From Bacillales bacterium (GTDB lineage: Bacteria; Bacillota_I; Bacilli_A; RFN20; CAG-826), in contig JBQMZB010000001.1 in the NCBI GenBank assembly GCA_052171195.1, positions 131,323 through 195,322 on the forward strand: a stretch of 64,000 nt of DNA. The letters are read 5' to 3'. The stretch's first letter is position 1, and each line of letters begins with the position of its first letter. A program made the translations under genes and the position numbers. Of this stretch, positions 28,268 through 38,031 are shown one piece after another. The notes beneath the pieces were generated by a model. That model ran no database searches, was not told the origin of the DNA, and was given only the letters and a program-made list of their open reading frames with translations.

Positions 28268-29398
28268 TTATGCTTTATAATCAATATTAACAATTTCGCC
28301 TGAAATTTGTGCTGTTCCTTTGTAATCACAACGCACAACTTTCATATAAACAGTATCTTCAAGTTTTAATTTAGAAGTATATTCATTTGTTAAGAATTGT
28401 TTATCATTAACTATTTTATAAGTATCGCCATTTGGTAAAAGCGCCTCTTTATTATATGTTGAACCATAAACCATAATAGAAGCATCTCCACCTTTTAAGT
28501 AGAAATTACCATATGCTGTAAAGTCTTTATTTTTTACACCTTTGTATGAAGTATAATCACTAACAACTCCATAAACATAATATGTTTTTGTTTTATCAAA
28601 ATTTAAAGTATAAATAGTTTCGACATCGTAATATACTACACCTTGAATAACTTTTTCATCTTTATTTTTAGTTACAAGTGCACGAATAACTACTTCATCA
28701 CCAACTTTTAATCCTTTAGTATATTCATTTGTTAAGTAATCTTTTGGATTAGTAAAGGTATATTCGCATTTAACATCATTATAACTGAAACTATTAGCAT
28801 CACTGGTAGAACCATAAACACGGATTGTTTTGTTTGAGTCATTAAGATCTTCAAGTACCATATTACCGTATTTATCACCATCTTTATTTTTTCCAAGTAA
28901 TTTTTTAATTTTTCCTTTAACAGTGTATTGATAGAAATTATTTTCTTCTACATTTAAGATATCACTAACATTATAAACTTTATTATCTTTCTTAAATTCT
29001 AATTTTTTATCAACTGTTATTTTTACTTCGTCAGTAACTTTAAAAACAGTTTCTCCGTTTTCATCTTTGGTTTTAACTGAAGCTTTAACGGTAGCTTCAC
29101 CTTCTTTAACTGCAGAAATATATTTACCTGAAACAACTAAAACTTCATTGTTTGTTGATTCAAATTTAATATCTCCATTAGTTAAAGCTTCAAGAACATT
29201 AACATCTTGACTGTCAACGTCAAACTCTATCAAACGATTAGCTTGGGCAACATGCCACTCAGATTGTAATTTTTCTTTATTAGTAATTGTAACGGTTGTA
29301 ATTGGTTTAACCTTATTTACTTCTTTATTACAAGAAGTTACTAATAAGCCTAATGATAAGGCACAAATAGCTCCGGCAACAGCAAATTTTCTTTTCAT
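28268..29398 (-). CDS. Surface lipoprotein with a Big_2-like Ig domain and two tandem OB-fold-like repeats
   Basis: 376 aa. Lipobox LLVTSC and GGAGG RBS. The N-terminal Ig-like segment has the ..TNGDIKFESTNNEVLVVSGKYISAVKEGEATV.. pattern. Two internal repeats (..IRVYGSTSD...VIRALV.. and ..IMVYGSTYN...YMKVVRCD..) resemble BOF/YgiW-type OB folds. Confidence 0.4.
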   Translation of the reverse strand: MKRKFAVAGAICALSLGLLVTSCNKEVNKVKPITTVTITNKEKLQSEWHVAQANRLIEFDVDSQDVNVLEALTNGDIKFESTNNEVLVVSGKYISAVKEGEATVKASVKTKDENGETVFKVTDEVKITVDKKLEFKKDNKVYNVSDILNVEENNFYQYTVKGKIKKLLGKNKDGDKYGNMVLEDLNDSNKTIRVYGSTSDANSFSYNDVKCEYTFTNPKDYLTNEYTKGLKVGDEVVIRALVTKNKDEKVIQGVVYYDVETIYTLNFDKTKTYYVYGVVSDYTSYKGVKNKDFTAYGNFYLKGGDASIMVYGSTYNKEALLPNGDTYKIVNDKQFLTNEYTSKLKLEDTVYMKVVRCDYKGTAQISGEIVNIDYKA

Positions 29399-29450
29399 AA
29401 TTATCCTCCGAATATTATTAAAATTATATTTTACACTTACGTGTTAAAAC

Positions 29451-29882
29451 CTATTGATAAAAAACTTTATTATATATATTTTTTAATAAAGTTTGGTAGT
29501 GTACTTTCCTTTTATGTCCATAAATATAGGTACAAATACCACTAATAAAAGATGAAGAACCTAAAACTAAAAAGAGAATAAAAACAATAAATTCTAAACA
29601 GTTTGTTACAAGTTCACCACCTGCAGTAGCTTTGTATGACATTAATAAAAACATGAAAGAAATACAAAGCATAACAAATCCAATAACCATTAATGTTTTT
29701 GCAGTGTTTAAATTATTACTTGCTTTATGTATTTCTGAGTGAGCGGCAGCACTTAATTCCTTCATTTCTTGTTTATTAAGATTTGTTGAAATTAAATGAC
29801 CACATCTTGGACATACATACATTTCATTTTCTTTAACTTTTTGATTTGTTTTAATTCTTTTTGCACAATGATTACAATACAT
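29451..29882 (-). CDS. Small membrane protein with N-terminal zinc ribbon
   Basis: 143 aa. CNHC...CPRC (C-x2-C-x17-C-x2-C) followed by two TM helices. GGAG RBS. Confidence 0.35.
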   Translation of the reverse strand: MYCNHCAKRIKTNQKVKENEMYVCPRCGHLISTNLNKQEMKELSAAAHSEIHKASNNLNTAKTLMVIGFVMLCISFMFLLMSYKATAGGELVTNCLEFIVFILFLVLGSSSFISGICTYIYGHKRKVHYQTLLKNIYNKVFYQ

Positions 29883-29905
29883 AAAAGACTCCTTTAATTA
29901 TTAGT

Positions 29906-31306
29906 TTATCCAATTAACTCAAAATCATTTGCGTTAATTGGATTTATCGAGTAAAAAACCTTGTTTTGGGCACTTATACCGTATGTTAAAATACCTTTAA
30001 GTTTAAATTTTTTATTTACAAAATCATCAACTTCAGACCATACTAAGTTAGGTTTATCTTTAAATGGTTTATATGTAAAAGTCATTTTAACAGAAATGTT
30101 AATATTTTTTTGTCCTTTTATTTTTTTAAGATATAAAGTTAAAATATCTCCATTTTCGTTCTTCTTGCCACCAGTCACTAGGACTTCTTCTTCAATATTA
30201 AGATAGTTATATAATAATTTACTTAAAATAATATCATTGTCTTTAAGACTGATATCATGAATTTTTAATTTAAAATGTTCTGGTATATTTTCATCATTCA
30301 CTTTATATAAAACTTTTCCATCATTTTTCTTTTTAGGTTTAGTTTGTTGTGTTGTGACACCAGTTAATTGAAAACCAAATTGACCATCTTGTAAAATTCC
30401 AGCAAGTTCAACAACATTACCTTGAGTTGTGTATTTACTTGGTATTGCTCCCATTCCAGTAAAAACATTTAATCCAGCGTATTCATCTTCATTTGGAAAA
30501 TACTGGGTTAAATATAATACTTTATTTACATATCCAGCAACTGTTCCTTGAACTCTTACTTTTTGTCCATGGAATTTATTCTTATGATTTGGATCTTCAA
30601 TAGATTTTTCTATCTCTTTTTTAATTTCTAAAAGAGAAGTATCTTTATAATCTCCGTAATTAAATAAAGGATCGTTTTCTCCAGAATGCATATTTAATTT
30701 TAATTTTTTAGCTTGCTCTTCAGCTTCGTAAAAAATAGAACTATATTGAGGAACTTTATCAACTCCTTTAACAGTTGATAATCCTTCTTGAACAATAGCC
30801 AAGTTTAATAAATAAAGCTTTTCAATTGGCGCATTTTTTTCTGTTTCATTTATCCATATAAAAGATAAATATCTAGTTCCTGTTGAATCAGTCTCAGGTT
30901 TTTGATAAACAGATGCGGTTGATGTTAAAACTATTGTGCCATTTTTTGATGCATTATTAAGTTTCTCTTCAGTAAATAAACTTGCTGTTTTACCATAAGG
31001 TTCAACTTTACCTGTAGATTCAGGAGTATCAATTCCATAAAATCTCGATTTAACAACAGAATTAGCGTCACCAGTAGAATAAAAATGTGCAGTATCACCG
31101 TCAATTGTAGTTTTGAGTTTTACTTGTCCAACACCATCTTTTAAAAAAGTATGATTATTATAATCGAGTTTTAATTTGGCTCTTGGATCTTTTAAAAAAT
31201 TAATAGGATTATTATCTACCTTTGGTTTGCAACTTGATAAAACAATAAGCATTGATAATGCAAATATTGGTGTAATAATTTTTTTATAATTAATTACTTT
31301 AAACAT
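29906..31306 (-). CDS. Membrane nuclease lipoprotein (staphylococcal-nuclease/thermonuclease fold) with C-terminal OB-like domain
   Basis: The start is moved to MFKVINYKK..LSSC (lipobox), 6 nt after an AAAGGAGT RBS. SNase catalytic region ..TIDGDTAHF...VKSRFYGIDTPES.. (GDT...R..GIDTPE). The C-terminal ..QKVRVQGTVAGYVNKVLYLTQ.. is OB-like. Confidence 0.7.
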   Translation of the reverse strand: MFKVINYKKIITPIFALSMLIVLSSCKPKVDNNPINFLKDPRAKLKLDYNNHTFLKDGVGQVKLKTTIDGDTAHFYSTGDANSVVKSRFYGIDTPESTGKVEPYGKTASLFTEEKLNNASKNGTIVLTSTASVYQKPETDSTGTRYLSFIWINETEKNAPIEKLYLLNLAIVQEGLSTVKGVDKVPQYSSIFYEAEEQAKKLKLNMHSGENDPLFNYGDYKDTSLLEIKKEIEKSIEDPNHKNKFHGQKVRVQGTVAGYVNKVLYLTQYFPNEDEYAGLNVFTGMGAIPSKYTTQGNVVELAGILQDGQFGFQLTGVTTQQTKPKKKNDGKVLYKVNDENIPEHFKLKIHDISLKDNDIILSKLLYNYLNIEEEVLVTGGKKNENGDILTLYLKKIKGQKNINISVKMTFTYKPFKDKPNLVWSEVDDFVNKKFKLKGILTYGISAQNKVFYSINPINANDFELIG

Positions 31307-31331
31307 TTTTACTCCTTTTATATCTAACTTG

Positions 31332-32789
31332 TTACATAGCAAGTTTAGTATGGTTTTCCTCACTGTTGAAAATTTTATCTATATAATTATCTAGATTATT
31401 GTTAGCATCGCCATATAAGAATACTTGAGTTAGAATAGAAGCAACTGATTTTCTAGCTTGAGCAGTTCCTTTAAAAACTGGATAATATAAAAATCTATCT
31501 TTTATATTCTCATGTACAACTTTACAACATTTTGGAATAAAATCCTCATCTGCTCCAGAAATGAAATCCTTAAATTCTTCTAATTCATATGCTGATTTTC
31601 TAACTGGAAGATAACCATTACTTCTTGAACAAATATCAAAATTAATTTCTGGATTTGTTAAATATTTCATGAATTTCCAACCATAAAGTGCACGTTTATC
31701 ATTAACTTCCTTTTTTAAACCTCTATTGTTTAATAAAGTTAATGTAGGACCTTGGGAGATAAAATAATCTTTATTTTTATTAAATGAAGGAATTTTACAA
31801 GCTTCAACGCTAAATGAAGCATTGCCTGGGTCATTAAAAGCGGCACCGCCACTTGATCCAATAGAGAATAAACATTTAGATTCTGTAAATTTATTAGAAC
31901 CATATTCTCCTGTAGTTCCTTTTGTAGCAAACAAACCTAAATCATATTGTTCTTTTAATTTTTTTACCATTTCTTTGGTTTTTGAATTATTAAAATCACA
32001 TGAACCTTTACCATTATTTAGTGAAACGTATGGATTATCATTTTGATAAGCATTTGTGATAAATAAATTAGCATCATCATCATAAATTAAAGGAACTTCT
32101 AATAAACTTCCATGAGATTTTAAATCTTTATTGGCGAACTTCAATAAATCCATAAATTCATCCCATGTTATTCTATTTAAATATTGGTTTGGAGTTTCAT
32201 TAATTCCATAAGCTTTTAAAAGTTTTTGAACTAGGTCTTTATTAAAAAACATGATTTCACTTGATTTCATAAATGGTAAAGAGTATGTTCCTTCTTTAAT
32301 ATAAACTTTACCTTCATTTATAAAAGATTTAATAAAATCATCTTCACCTTTAGTGTTTAAGTAAGCATCTTTTTGAGATGTATATCCATATTCAGTATTA
32401 TTTGCGTAATCATTAAGATTAATTACGTATCTTTCATCACCTTTTTCTAAACTTAAATAATCAGCAACATGATCTGGGTAAGCTACTGCTAATGTTGGTG
32501 TATTACCAGTTGAAAAACTTTTGGTGATTTTATTTCTGATATCATCATACCCACCTTGATATTCTAAAACAATCTCGACATCAACGTTTTCATTTTCTTT
32601 AACTAATTTTTTAAAAGATTTTGTTTTTTCTTCTACTGATTCAAGATTATTTTTACCAAATGTGTGCCAAAAATGTACACTAATAACATTTTCGGAAGTA
32701 GGATTTTTTTTACAACTTGAGAGGAGACCTCCACAAATTGAACAAATTGCTCCGGTAAGGCAAAGTAATTTTAAGTGTTTATTTTTCAT
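31332..32789 (-). CDS. ABC transporter substrate-binding lipoprotein (family-1 sugar/glycerol-phosphate type)
   Basis: 485 aa. Lipobox LLSSC and GGAGA RBS. Family-1 SBP pattern (..VISVHFWHTFGKN...YPDHVADYL..). Confidence 0.6.
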   Translation of the reverse strand: MKNKHLKLLCLTGAICSICGGLLSSCKKNPTSENVISVHFWHTFGKNNLESVEEKTKSFKKLVKENENVDVEIVLEYQGGYDDIRNKITKSFSTGNTPTLAVAYPDHVADYLSLEKGDERYVINLNDYANNTEYGYTSQKDAYLNTKGEDDFIKSFINEGKVYIKEGTYSLPFMKSSEIMFFNKDLVQKLLKAYGINETPNQYLNRITWDEFMDLLKFANKDLKSHGSLLEVPLIYDDDANLFITNAYQNDNPYVSLNNGKGSCDFNNSKTKEMVKKLKEQYDLGLFATKGTTGEYGSNKFTESKCLFSIGSSGGAAFNDPGNASFSVEACKIPSFNKNKDYFISQGPTLTLLNNRGLKKEVNDKRALYGWKFMKYLTNPEINFDICSRSNGYLPVRKSAYELEEFKDFISGADEDFIPKCCKVVHENIKDRFLYYPVFKGTAQARKSVASILTQVFLYGDANNNLDNYIDKIFNSEENHTKLAM

Positions 32790-32814
32790 AGAAATCTCCT
32801 CTTCTAATTTTAAA

Positions 32815-34296
32815 CTACAATTCTAATTTTGTATTATCTTCAGCTTGTTGGAATTCGCTATCGATAATTGCATCGATATCAGCACCTTGGCTAGTTAAAA
32901 TTCTAGTTACAAGACCGCCGACTTCGGTACGGCATTTTGATGAACCTTTAAAAGCAGGTGATGTGAATGTATCTTTAACAATGTCTGCTTGAGCAACTCT
33001 TGATTTAGCCATGAGTTTATCGAGTGATTTATCTTGTTTGGAATCAACATCCAATGTATCAATATATTCTTGATTTTTATAAACGCTATGTCTAATAGCG
33101 GTATAACCTGTATTAACGGTCCAATCAACACAATTTTCTGCTGATGTAAGTTCTTTATAAAGTAACCAAGCTGCTGTTTGTCTTAAAACATCATTATTGT
33201 GATTTAAGATTGCAAGGCCTGGACCTTGGCTAATTGTATAAGGTTTAGCTAAGTCAGCTTGTGGAATACGTGTAGCATTAACATTCATTGGATTCTTATC
33301 GCTAAATTGATATTTAACACCACCAGTTGAACCAACTGAGAATAAAGTATTTTGTCCTGTGAAGAACTCGTTTGTGTATTTACCACTAGCGCTTCCTTTT
33401 GTAATAATATATTTCTTATCATAAGCTTGTTTGAATTTCTTCATAATCTTTTTCATTTCAGGATTATTGAAATCAACACTACCTTTACCTGTTTTTGAAA
33501 TTGAGGTATAAGGTGCATTGTATTGTTTTGCTAATGTAATAAATAAGTTATCATCACTATCATAAGCAAAGACAGCGTTATGTAATAAATCAGTTTTTAA
33601 GATTTTTTCGTTCTCTGGCAATTTATTATTATATTCAGTTATTGCTGGACAAAGTTTATCGAATAATTCATCCCAAGTTAAATTTGATAAATACTTTTCA
33701 TTTAATGGGACACCATTATTGATAGTAGAATCAACTGTACTTAAGTTTAAACCGATTAAAACATCTTCATTATAGAACATTTCTTCTGTTGATTTACAGA
33801 ATGGCATACTATAAGTACCTGGGGTGGCGTAAGATTTACCTTCTTCTAAGAATGTATCAATATAATCTTCCTTATCTTCAGCGGTTAATCCAATTTTTGA
33901 ATGGTCAATAAATTTATCTAAACGTACTGCACGACCGTAATCAATAAATCTAGCAACATTATCTGGATAACATTGAATTAAATCTGGATAGTTATTACCT
34001 GTAAATCCATCACAAACTTTATCAGCAAGTTGATTATAATTTCCTGCTTGATAAACATTATCAACTTCAATATTTGGATATTTTTCTTTAAAAGAATCGA
34101 TTGCTCTTTCAAAAGTATCACGGTTGTTTTGACCGATAATTGACCAAATTGAAATTTTAGTCTTGGTGTCTTTTGTTACTTCAGGAATATTATCATCTAC
34201 GATAGGTCCTGGTTTATCAGGATTCCTATCACATGCAGTTAATGATAATCCTAAGAGAGATGCACCTAATAAACAAAGTAATTTTTTGTTCTTCAT
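32815..34296 (-). CDS. ABC transporter substrate-binding lipoprotein (family-1, paralog)
   Basis: Start moved to MKNKKLLCLLGASLLGLSLTAC (lipobox) after a GGAGG RBS. Carries ..ISIWSIIGQNNRDTFERAIDSFKEKYPNIEV.., typical of family-1 sugar SBPs. Confidence 0.6.
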   Translation of the reverse strand: MKNKKLLCLLGASLLGLSLTACDRNPDKPGPIVDDNIPEVTKDTKTKISIWSIIGQNNRDTFERAIDSFKEKYPNIEVDNVYQAGNYNQLADKVCDGFTGNNYPDLIQCYPDNVARFIDYGRAVRLDKFIDHSKIGLTAEDKEDYIDTFLEEGKSYATPGTYSMPFCKSTEEMFYNEDVLIGLNLSTVDSTINNGVPLNEKYLSNLTWDELFDKLCPAITEYNNKLPENEKILKTDLLHNAVFAYDSDDNLFITLAKQYNAPYTSISKTGKGSVDFNNPEMKKIMKKFKQAYDKKYIITKGSASGKYTNEFFTGQNTLFSVGSTGGVKYQFSDKNPMNVNATRIPQADLAKPYTISQGPGLAILNHNNDVLRQTAAWLLYKELTSAENCVDWTVNTGYTAIRHSVYKNQEYIDTLDVDSKQDKSLDKLMAKSRVAQADIVKDTFTSPAFKGSSKCRTEVGGLVTRILTSQGADIDAIIDSEFQQAEDNTKLEL

Positions 34297-34306
34297 ATTT
34301 CCTCCA

Positions 34307-35269
34307 TTAGCCTTTAATACCGGCGCGGCCAACGCCTCTCATAATATATTTTCTAAAGAAAATAAATAATAAGAATAATGGAACAGTAACAACAACTGTT
34401 GCTGCCATTTGATAACCAAATTCAACACGGCCTGATTCAGGATCAGTGAAACTAGATCCTCTTAAACCGTTAGAAATAAGACGATATGCGCTCTTATTTG
34501 TAACAAGGTTTGGCCAAACATATGAGTTCCATGTACCCATAAATTTTAAGATAGTAATAGAAATTAAAGTTGGAGCTGCTAATGGTACCATAACATGCCA
34601 TAAGAAATTCCAATCTGTCTTTCCATCAACTTTACTTGCTAAATATAATTCGTTTGGGATTTGTTTGAAATTTTGTCTTAAAAGATAGATATAGAATACA
34701 CTAACCCAGAAAGGAATAATCATAGCTAAATAAGCATCTTTTCTACCAGCAGATTCTGAAACCCATCCAAATGAAGCGACGGTAATATAGTTTGAAATAA
34801 CCATCATTTCACCAGGTATCATCATCGTCATCAAGAAAATAGCAAATAGTGATTCTCTTCCTTTAAATTTCAATCTTGCAAATGCAAATGCTGAGAAAAT
34901 TGTTGTAATAAGTGTACCGATTGTTGAAAATATAGCAACAATAATAGTGTTAGTCATATAAGTTACAAAATCAAACACTTGGAAAACGTGGATATAGTTA
35001 GTCCACATAACAATTGTAGGGAAGAATGTTTGTTTTGATGATAAAATTTCATTATTATTTTTTAATGATGTAATAATCATCCAATAAAATGGGAATATAA
35101 CAAGGAGAGCTAAGAATACAAGTAAGATATAAACAATTGTTAATCCTATAGCCTTGTTAAGTTTTTCTGCTTTTTTAATTGTTTCAACACTTCTTCTACC
35201 TTCTTTAATTGTTAAAACTAAATTATTTTTTAAAGTATCATTTTTAGTAAAATCTATATATTTATTCAC
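34307..35269 (-). CDS. Carbohydrate ABC transporter permease (MalG/UgpE-like)
   Basis: 320 aa with 6 TM segments. EAA-loop motif LASKVDGKTDWNFLWHVMVPLAAP. Confidence 0.8.
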   Translation of the reverse strand: MNKYIDFTKNDTLKNNLVLTIKEGRRSVETIKKAEKLNKAIGLTIVYILLVFLALLVIFPFYWMIITSLKNNNEILSSKQTFFPTIVMWTNYIHVFQVFDFVTYMTNTIIVAIFSTIGTLITTIFSAFAFARLKFKGRESLFAIFLMTMMIPGEMMVISNYITVASFGWVSESAGRKDAYLAMIIPFWVSVFYIYLLRQNFKQIPNELYLASKVDGKTDWNFLWHVMVPLAAPTLISITILKFMGTWNSYVWPNLVTNKSAYRLISNGLRGSSFTDPESGRVEFGYQMAATVVVTVPLFLLFIFFRKYIMRGVGRAGIKG

Positions 35270-35280
35270 GCGATTACCTC

Positions 35281-36348
35281 CTAATAATGTACTCTTTTCT
35301 TAGATAAACGAAGTTGTAAGAAAGTAAATGCTAAAATAATAACAAATAACAATACTGCTGCAGCTGCTGCTAATGAAGTATTACTATTTAAGTTATCATA
35401 AATATAATAAACTATTGTGTATAATTCATAACTACCTTGAGTAGTTCCAGCTTGTCCAAATAAACCTACAATTGATGCATATTCTTTAAAAGCACCAATA
35501 TAAGATGTAACCATCAAATAAAGAATTTGTGGGGATAATAACGGAATTGTTATTTTTCTTAAAACTTTAGATTTAGGTGTAGCGTCAACTTTAGCAGCAT
35601 CATAATATTGTTTATCAATACCTTGTAAACCACTTAATAAAATTAATATCTTAAATGGTAAAGCGTGCCAAACAATGTAAATACATAAAGGAACCATAGC
35701 AACCCAACGATTGGCTCCATAAATCCATTTAAATTCACCTAATTTGAAAATATAGTTTATTAAACCATTATTTGAGAAAATAACAGAGAAAACCATACCA
35801 ATAGCGATTGTATTTGTAACATAAGGTAAAAAGAAGATAATTTGGAATATTTTCTTAAACCATTTAATTGAATTAAGTAAAACACTAATAAGTAGTGCTA
35901 TACCAATTGATAAAGGAACTGTTACCAAAACAAGTATAAATGTATTCGGAATAGCGTATTGAATTACACGCGTTTCTCTCCCACCATTTATTGTTGTTAA
36001 TCCTAAAACACCGCCAAAATTTTCTAATGTAAATCCATCAAAACTACCTCTTACATAATCAAAGTTTTTCATAAATGAAATAAGAATAGTGTAAATTAAT
36101 GGATAGATAAGAAATACTGACATTAAAATTAATACCGGAGCTAAGTAAAGCCAAGCTTTCCAGTTATTATGTTGTTCTTGATCCAAAATACCGCCAACTT
36201 GGTAATCAAGATTAACTTTTTTATTAGAAACTACTTTAACATTAATGTTGTTTTCTTTATTTAAACCAACTTTTAAGTTTTTATATTCTCTTTTGGAAAA
36301 AGTTAAACTATTTGGATCTTTTAATTGTTTTTTATTATAGCCAAACAT
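35281..36348 (-). CDS. Carbohydrate ABC transporter permease (MalF/UgpA-like)
   Basis: 355 aa. EAA-loop YDAAKVDATPKSKVLRKITIPLLSP. Confidence 0.8.
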   Translation of the reverse strand: MFGYNKKQLKDPNSLTFSKREYKNLKVGLNKENNINVKVVSNKKVNLDYQVGGILDQEQHNNWKAWLYLAPVLILMSVFLIYPLIYTILISFMKNFDYVRGSFDGFTLENFGGVLGLTTINGGRETRVIQYAIPNTFILVLVTVPLSIGIALLISVLLNSIKWFKKIFQIIFFLPYVTNTIAIGMVFSVIFSNNGLINYIFKLGEFKWIYGANRWVAMVPLCIYIVWHALPFKILILLSGLQGIDKQYYDAAKVDATPKSKVLRKITIPLLSPQILYLMVTSYIGAFKEYASIVGLFGQAGTTQGSYELYTIVYYIYDNLNSNTSLAAAAAVLLFVIILAFTFLQLRLSKKRVHY

Positions 36349-36360
36349 TTTTTTCTCCTA

Positions 36361-38019
36361 TTAAAGATAAATTCTTTCTTCTGTTTCTTTATCGAATACA
36401 AACATCTTATTTGGTTTAACTAAGAAACTAACTTTCCCTTTAATTGCATCATCATCATTTGTAATAATTACTTTAAAAGTAGGTTGTAAACAATCTTTAT
36501 GTTTAACAATGATTGATAAATCACGCCCTAAAACTTGTAACATTTCTGCATCACCAGTTAAAGCAACTTTTTCTTCTTTACGATTTAATAAGAATCCTTC
36601 AGGTCTAATAGCAACATAAACTTCTTGATCTTTAACTGCCTTTTTAGATTTATAAATACATTCATCGCCTATATAAACGCATTTATCTTTTATTTGTCCT
36701 TTAAATACATTAATTGGTGGGGTGCCTAAGAATTGAGCAACAAATAAGTTTTTAGGATCACTATAAACTTTTTGAGGTGCATCAATTTGTTGTTGAATTC
36801 CGTTTTTCATAACTAAGATTTGGTCACAAATTGACATTGCTTCTTCTTGGTCATGTGTAACGAAAACTGTAGTAATTCCAGTTTCTTGTTGAATTCTACG
36901 AATTTCTTCACGAGTTTGTAATCTTAAACGTGCATCTAAGTTTGATAAAGGTTCATCTAATAATAAAACTCTTGGTTTTTTGACTAAAGCACGAGCAATA
37001 GCTACACGTTGTTGTTGTCCTCCTGATAATTGAGAAGGTTTACGTTGTAAATATTCTTCAATTTGAACAAGTTTTGCAACTTCATGTACAATTTCACTTC
37101 TTTCGACTTTATTTAATTTACGATAACTTAAAGCGACGTTACTTTTACTTTCTTTTTCATCAATAGTAATTTTTAATTTATGGGTTAAGATATCTTTAAT
37201 ATCTTTACCTAATTTCTCTGTAATTTTCTTAATAATAAGAAGTAAATGTGTTTTACCTTCTAAATCATTATAAACTTGTACTTCTTTTAATTGTTTTTTA
37301 TAAGGATTTAAGTAAGACATTACATTTTTCTTGAGAGCAGTTAAGTCAGTAGTTTTAGATTTAAATTCACCTCTTATTGTGTAGTCAAATAAGGCATCAC
37401 TTGCTTGAACTTTTTTAATATTTTTTGATTCTGGTTTAATAATTTTATTAAAATTATCTTCAAACATTTTAAATGTTTTTTCATTAATAGATTTAAAATT
37501 AAGATTTAATGTTAATAAATTAGAATCATTTAAACTACTTTCGCATTTAAATTGTTTTTTATTTAAACCAATTTTAGCAATTAATGTAGAAAGACTATAT
37601 TTGATACCATCAACATTATCATTCTTTTTCATTTTATATGTTATAACAACATTAAAATCAAAGAATGTGACTAACGGGACTTCAACACGAAGATTGGTTA
37701 ATGGGAATTCAACATTTTTATATATTGACATATGTGGATAAAGAGCATAGTTTTGGAAAACTAAACCAATACCTCTTTTTTCAGGAGATAAATTTGTAAC
37801 TTCTTCATCTCCAAACCAAACTTCTCCATCTGAAGCAAGCTGTAATCCACTTAACATATATAATGTTGTAGATTTTCCACATCCAGAAGGCCCAAGTAAA
37901 CCAACTAATTTACCATCTGGAATGGTGAAATTTAATTTGTTTACCGCGATTGTGTCACGGATATTTTTCTTTGGATTACCAGGGAATATTTTAGTTAAAT
38001 TTTTAAGTTTTATTTCCAT
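36361..38019 (-). CDS. ABC transporter ATP-binding protein (MalK/UgpC-like) with a ~190-aa insertion
   Basis: 552 aa. Walker A GPSGCGKST, signature LSGGQQQRVAIARAL, Walker B LLLDEPLSNLD and a C-terminal regulatory domain. A long Lys-rich insert separates the Q-loop region from the signature motif. Confidence 0.85.
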   Translation of the reverse strand: MEIKLKNLTKIFPGNPKKNIRDTIAVNKLNFTIPDGKLVGLLGPSGCGKSTTLYMLSGLQLASDGEVWFGDEEVTNLSPEKRGIGLVFQNYALYPHMSIYKNVEFPLTNLRVEVPLVTFFDFNVVITYKMKKNDNVDGIKYSLSTLIAKIGLNKKQFKCESSLNDSNLLTLNLNFKSINEKTFKMFEDNFNKIIKPESKNIKKVQASDALFDYTIRGEFKSKTTDLTALKKNVMSYLNPYKKQLKEVQVYNDLEGKTHLLLIIKKITEKLGKDIKDILTHKLKITIDEKESKSNVALSYRKLNKVERSEIVHEVAKLVQIEEYLQRKPSQLSGGQQQRVAIARALVKKPRVLLLDEPLSNLDARLRLQTREEIRRIQQETGITTVFVTHDQEEAMSICDQILVMKNGIQQQIDAPQKVYSDPKNLFVAQFLGTPPINVFKGQIKDKCVYIGDECIYKSKKAVKDQEVYVAIRPEGFLLNRKEEKVALTGDAEMLQVLGRDLSIIVKHKDCLQPTFKVIITNDDDAIKGKVSFLVKPNKMFVFDKETEERIYL

Positions 38020-38031
38020 TTTTATACCTCT

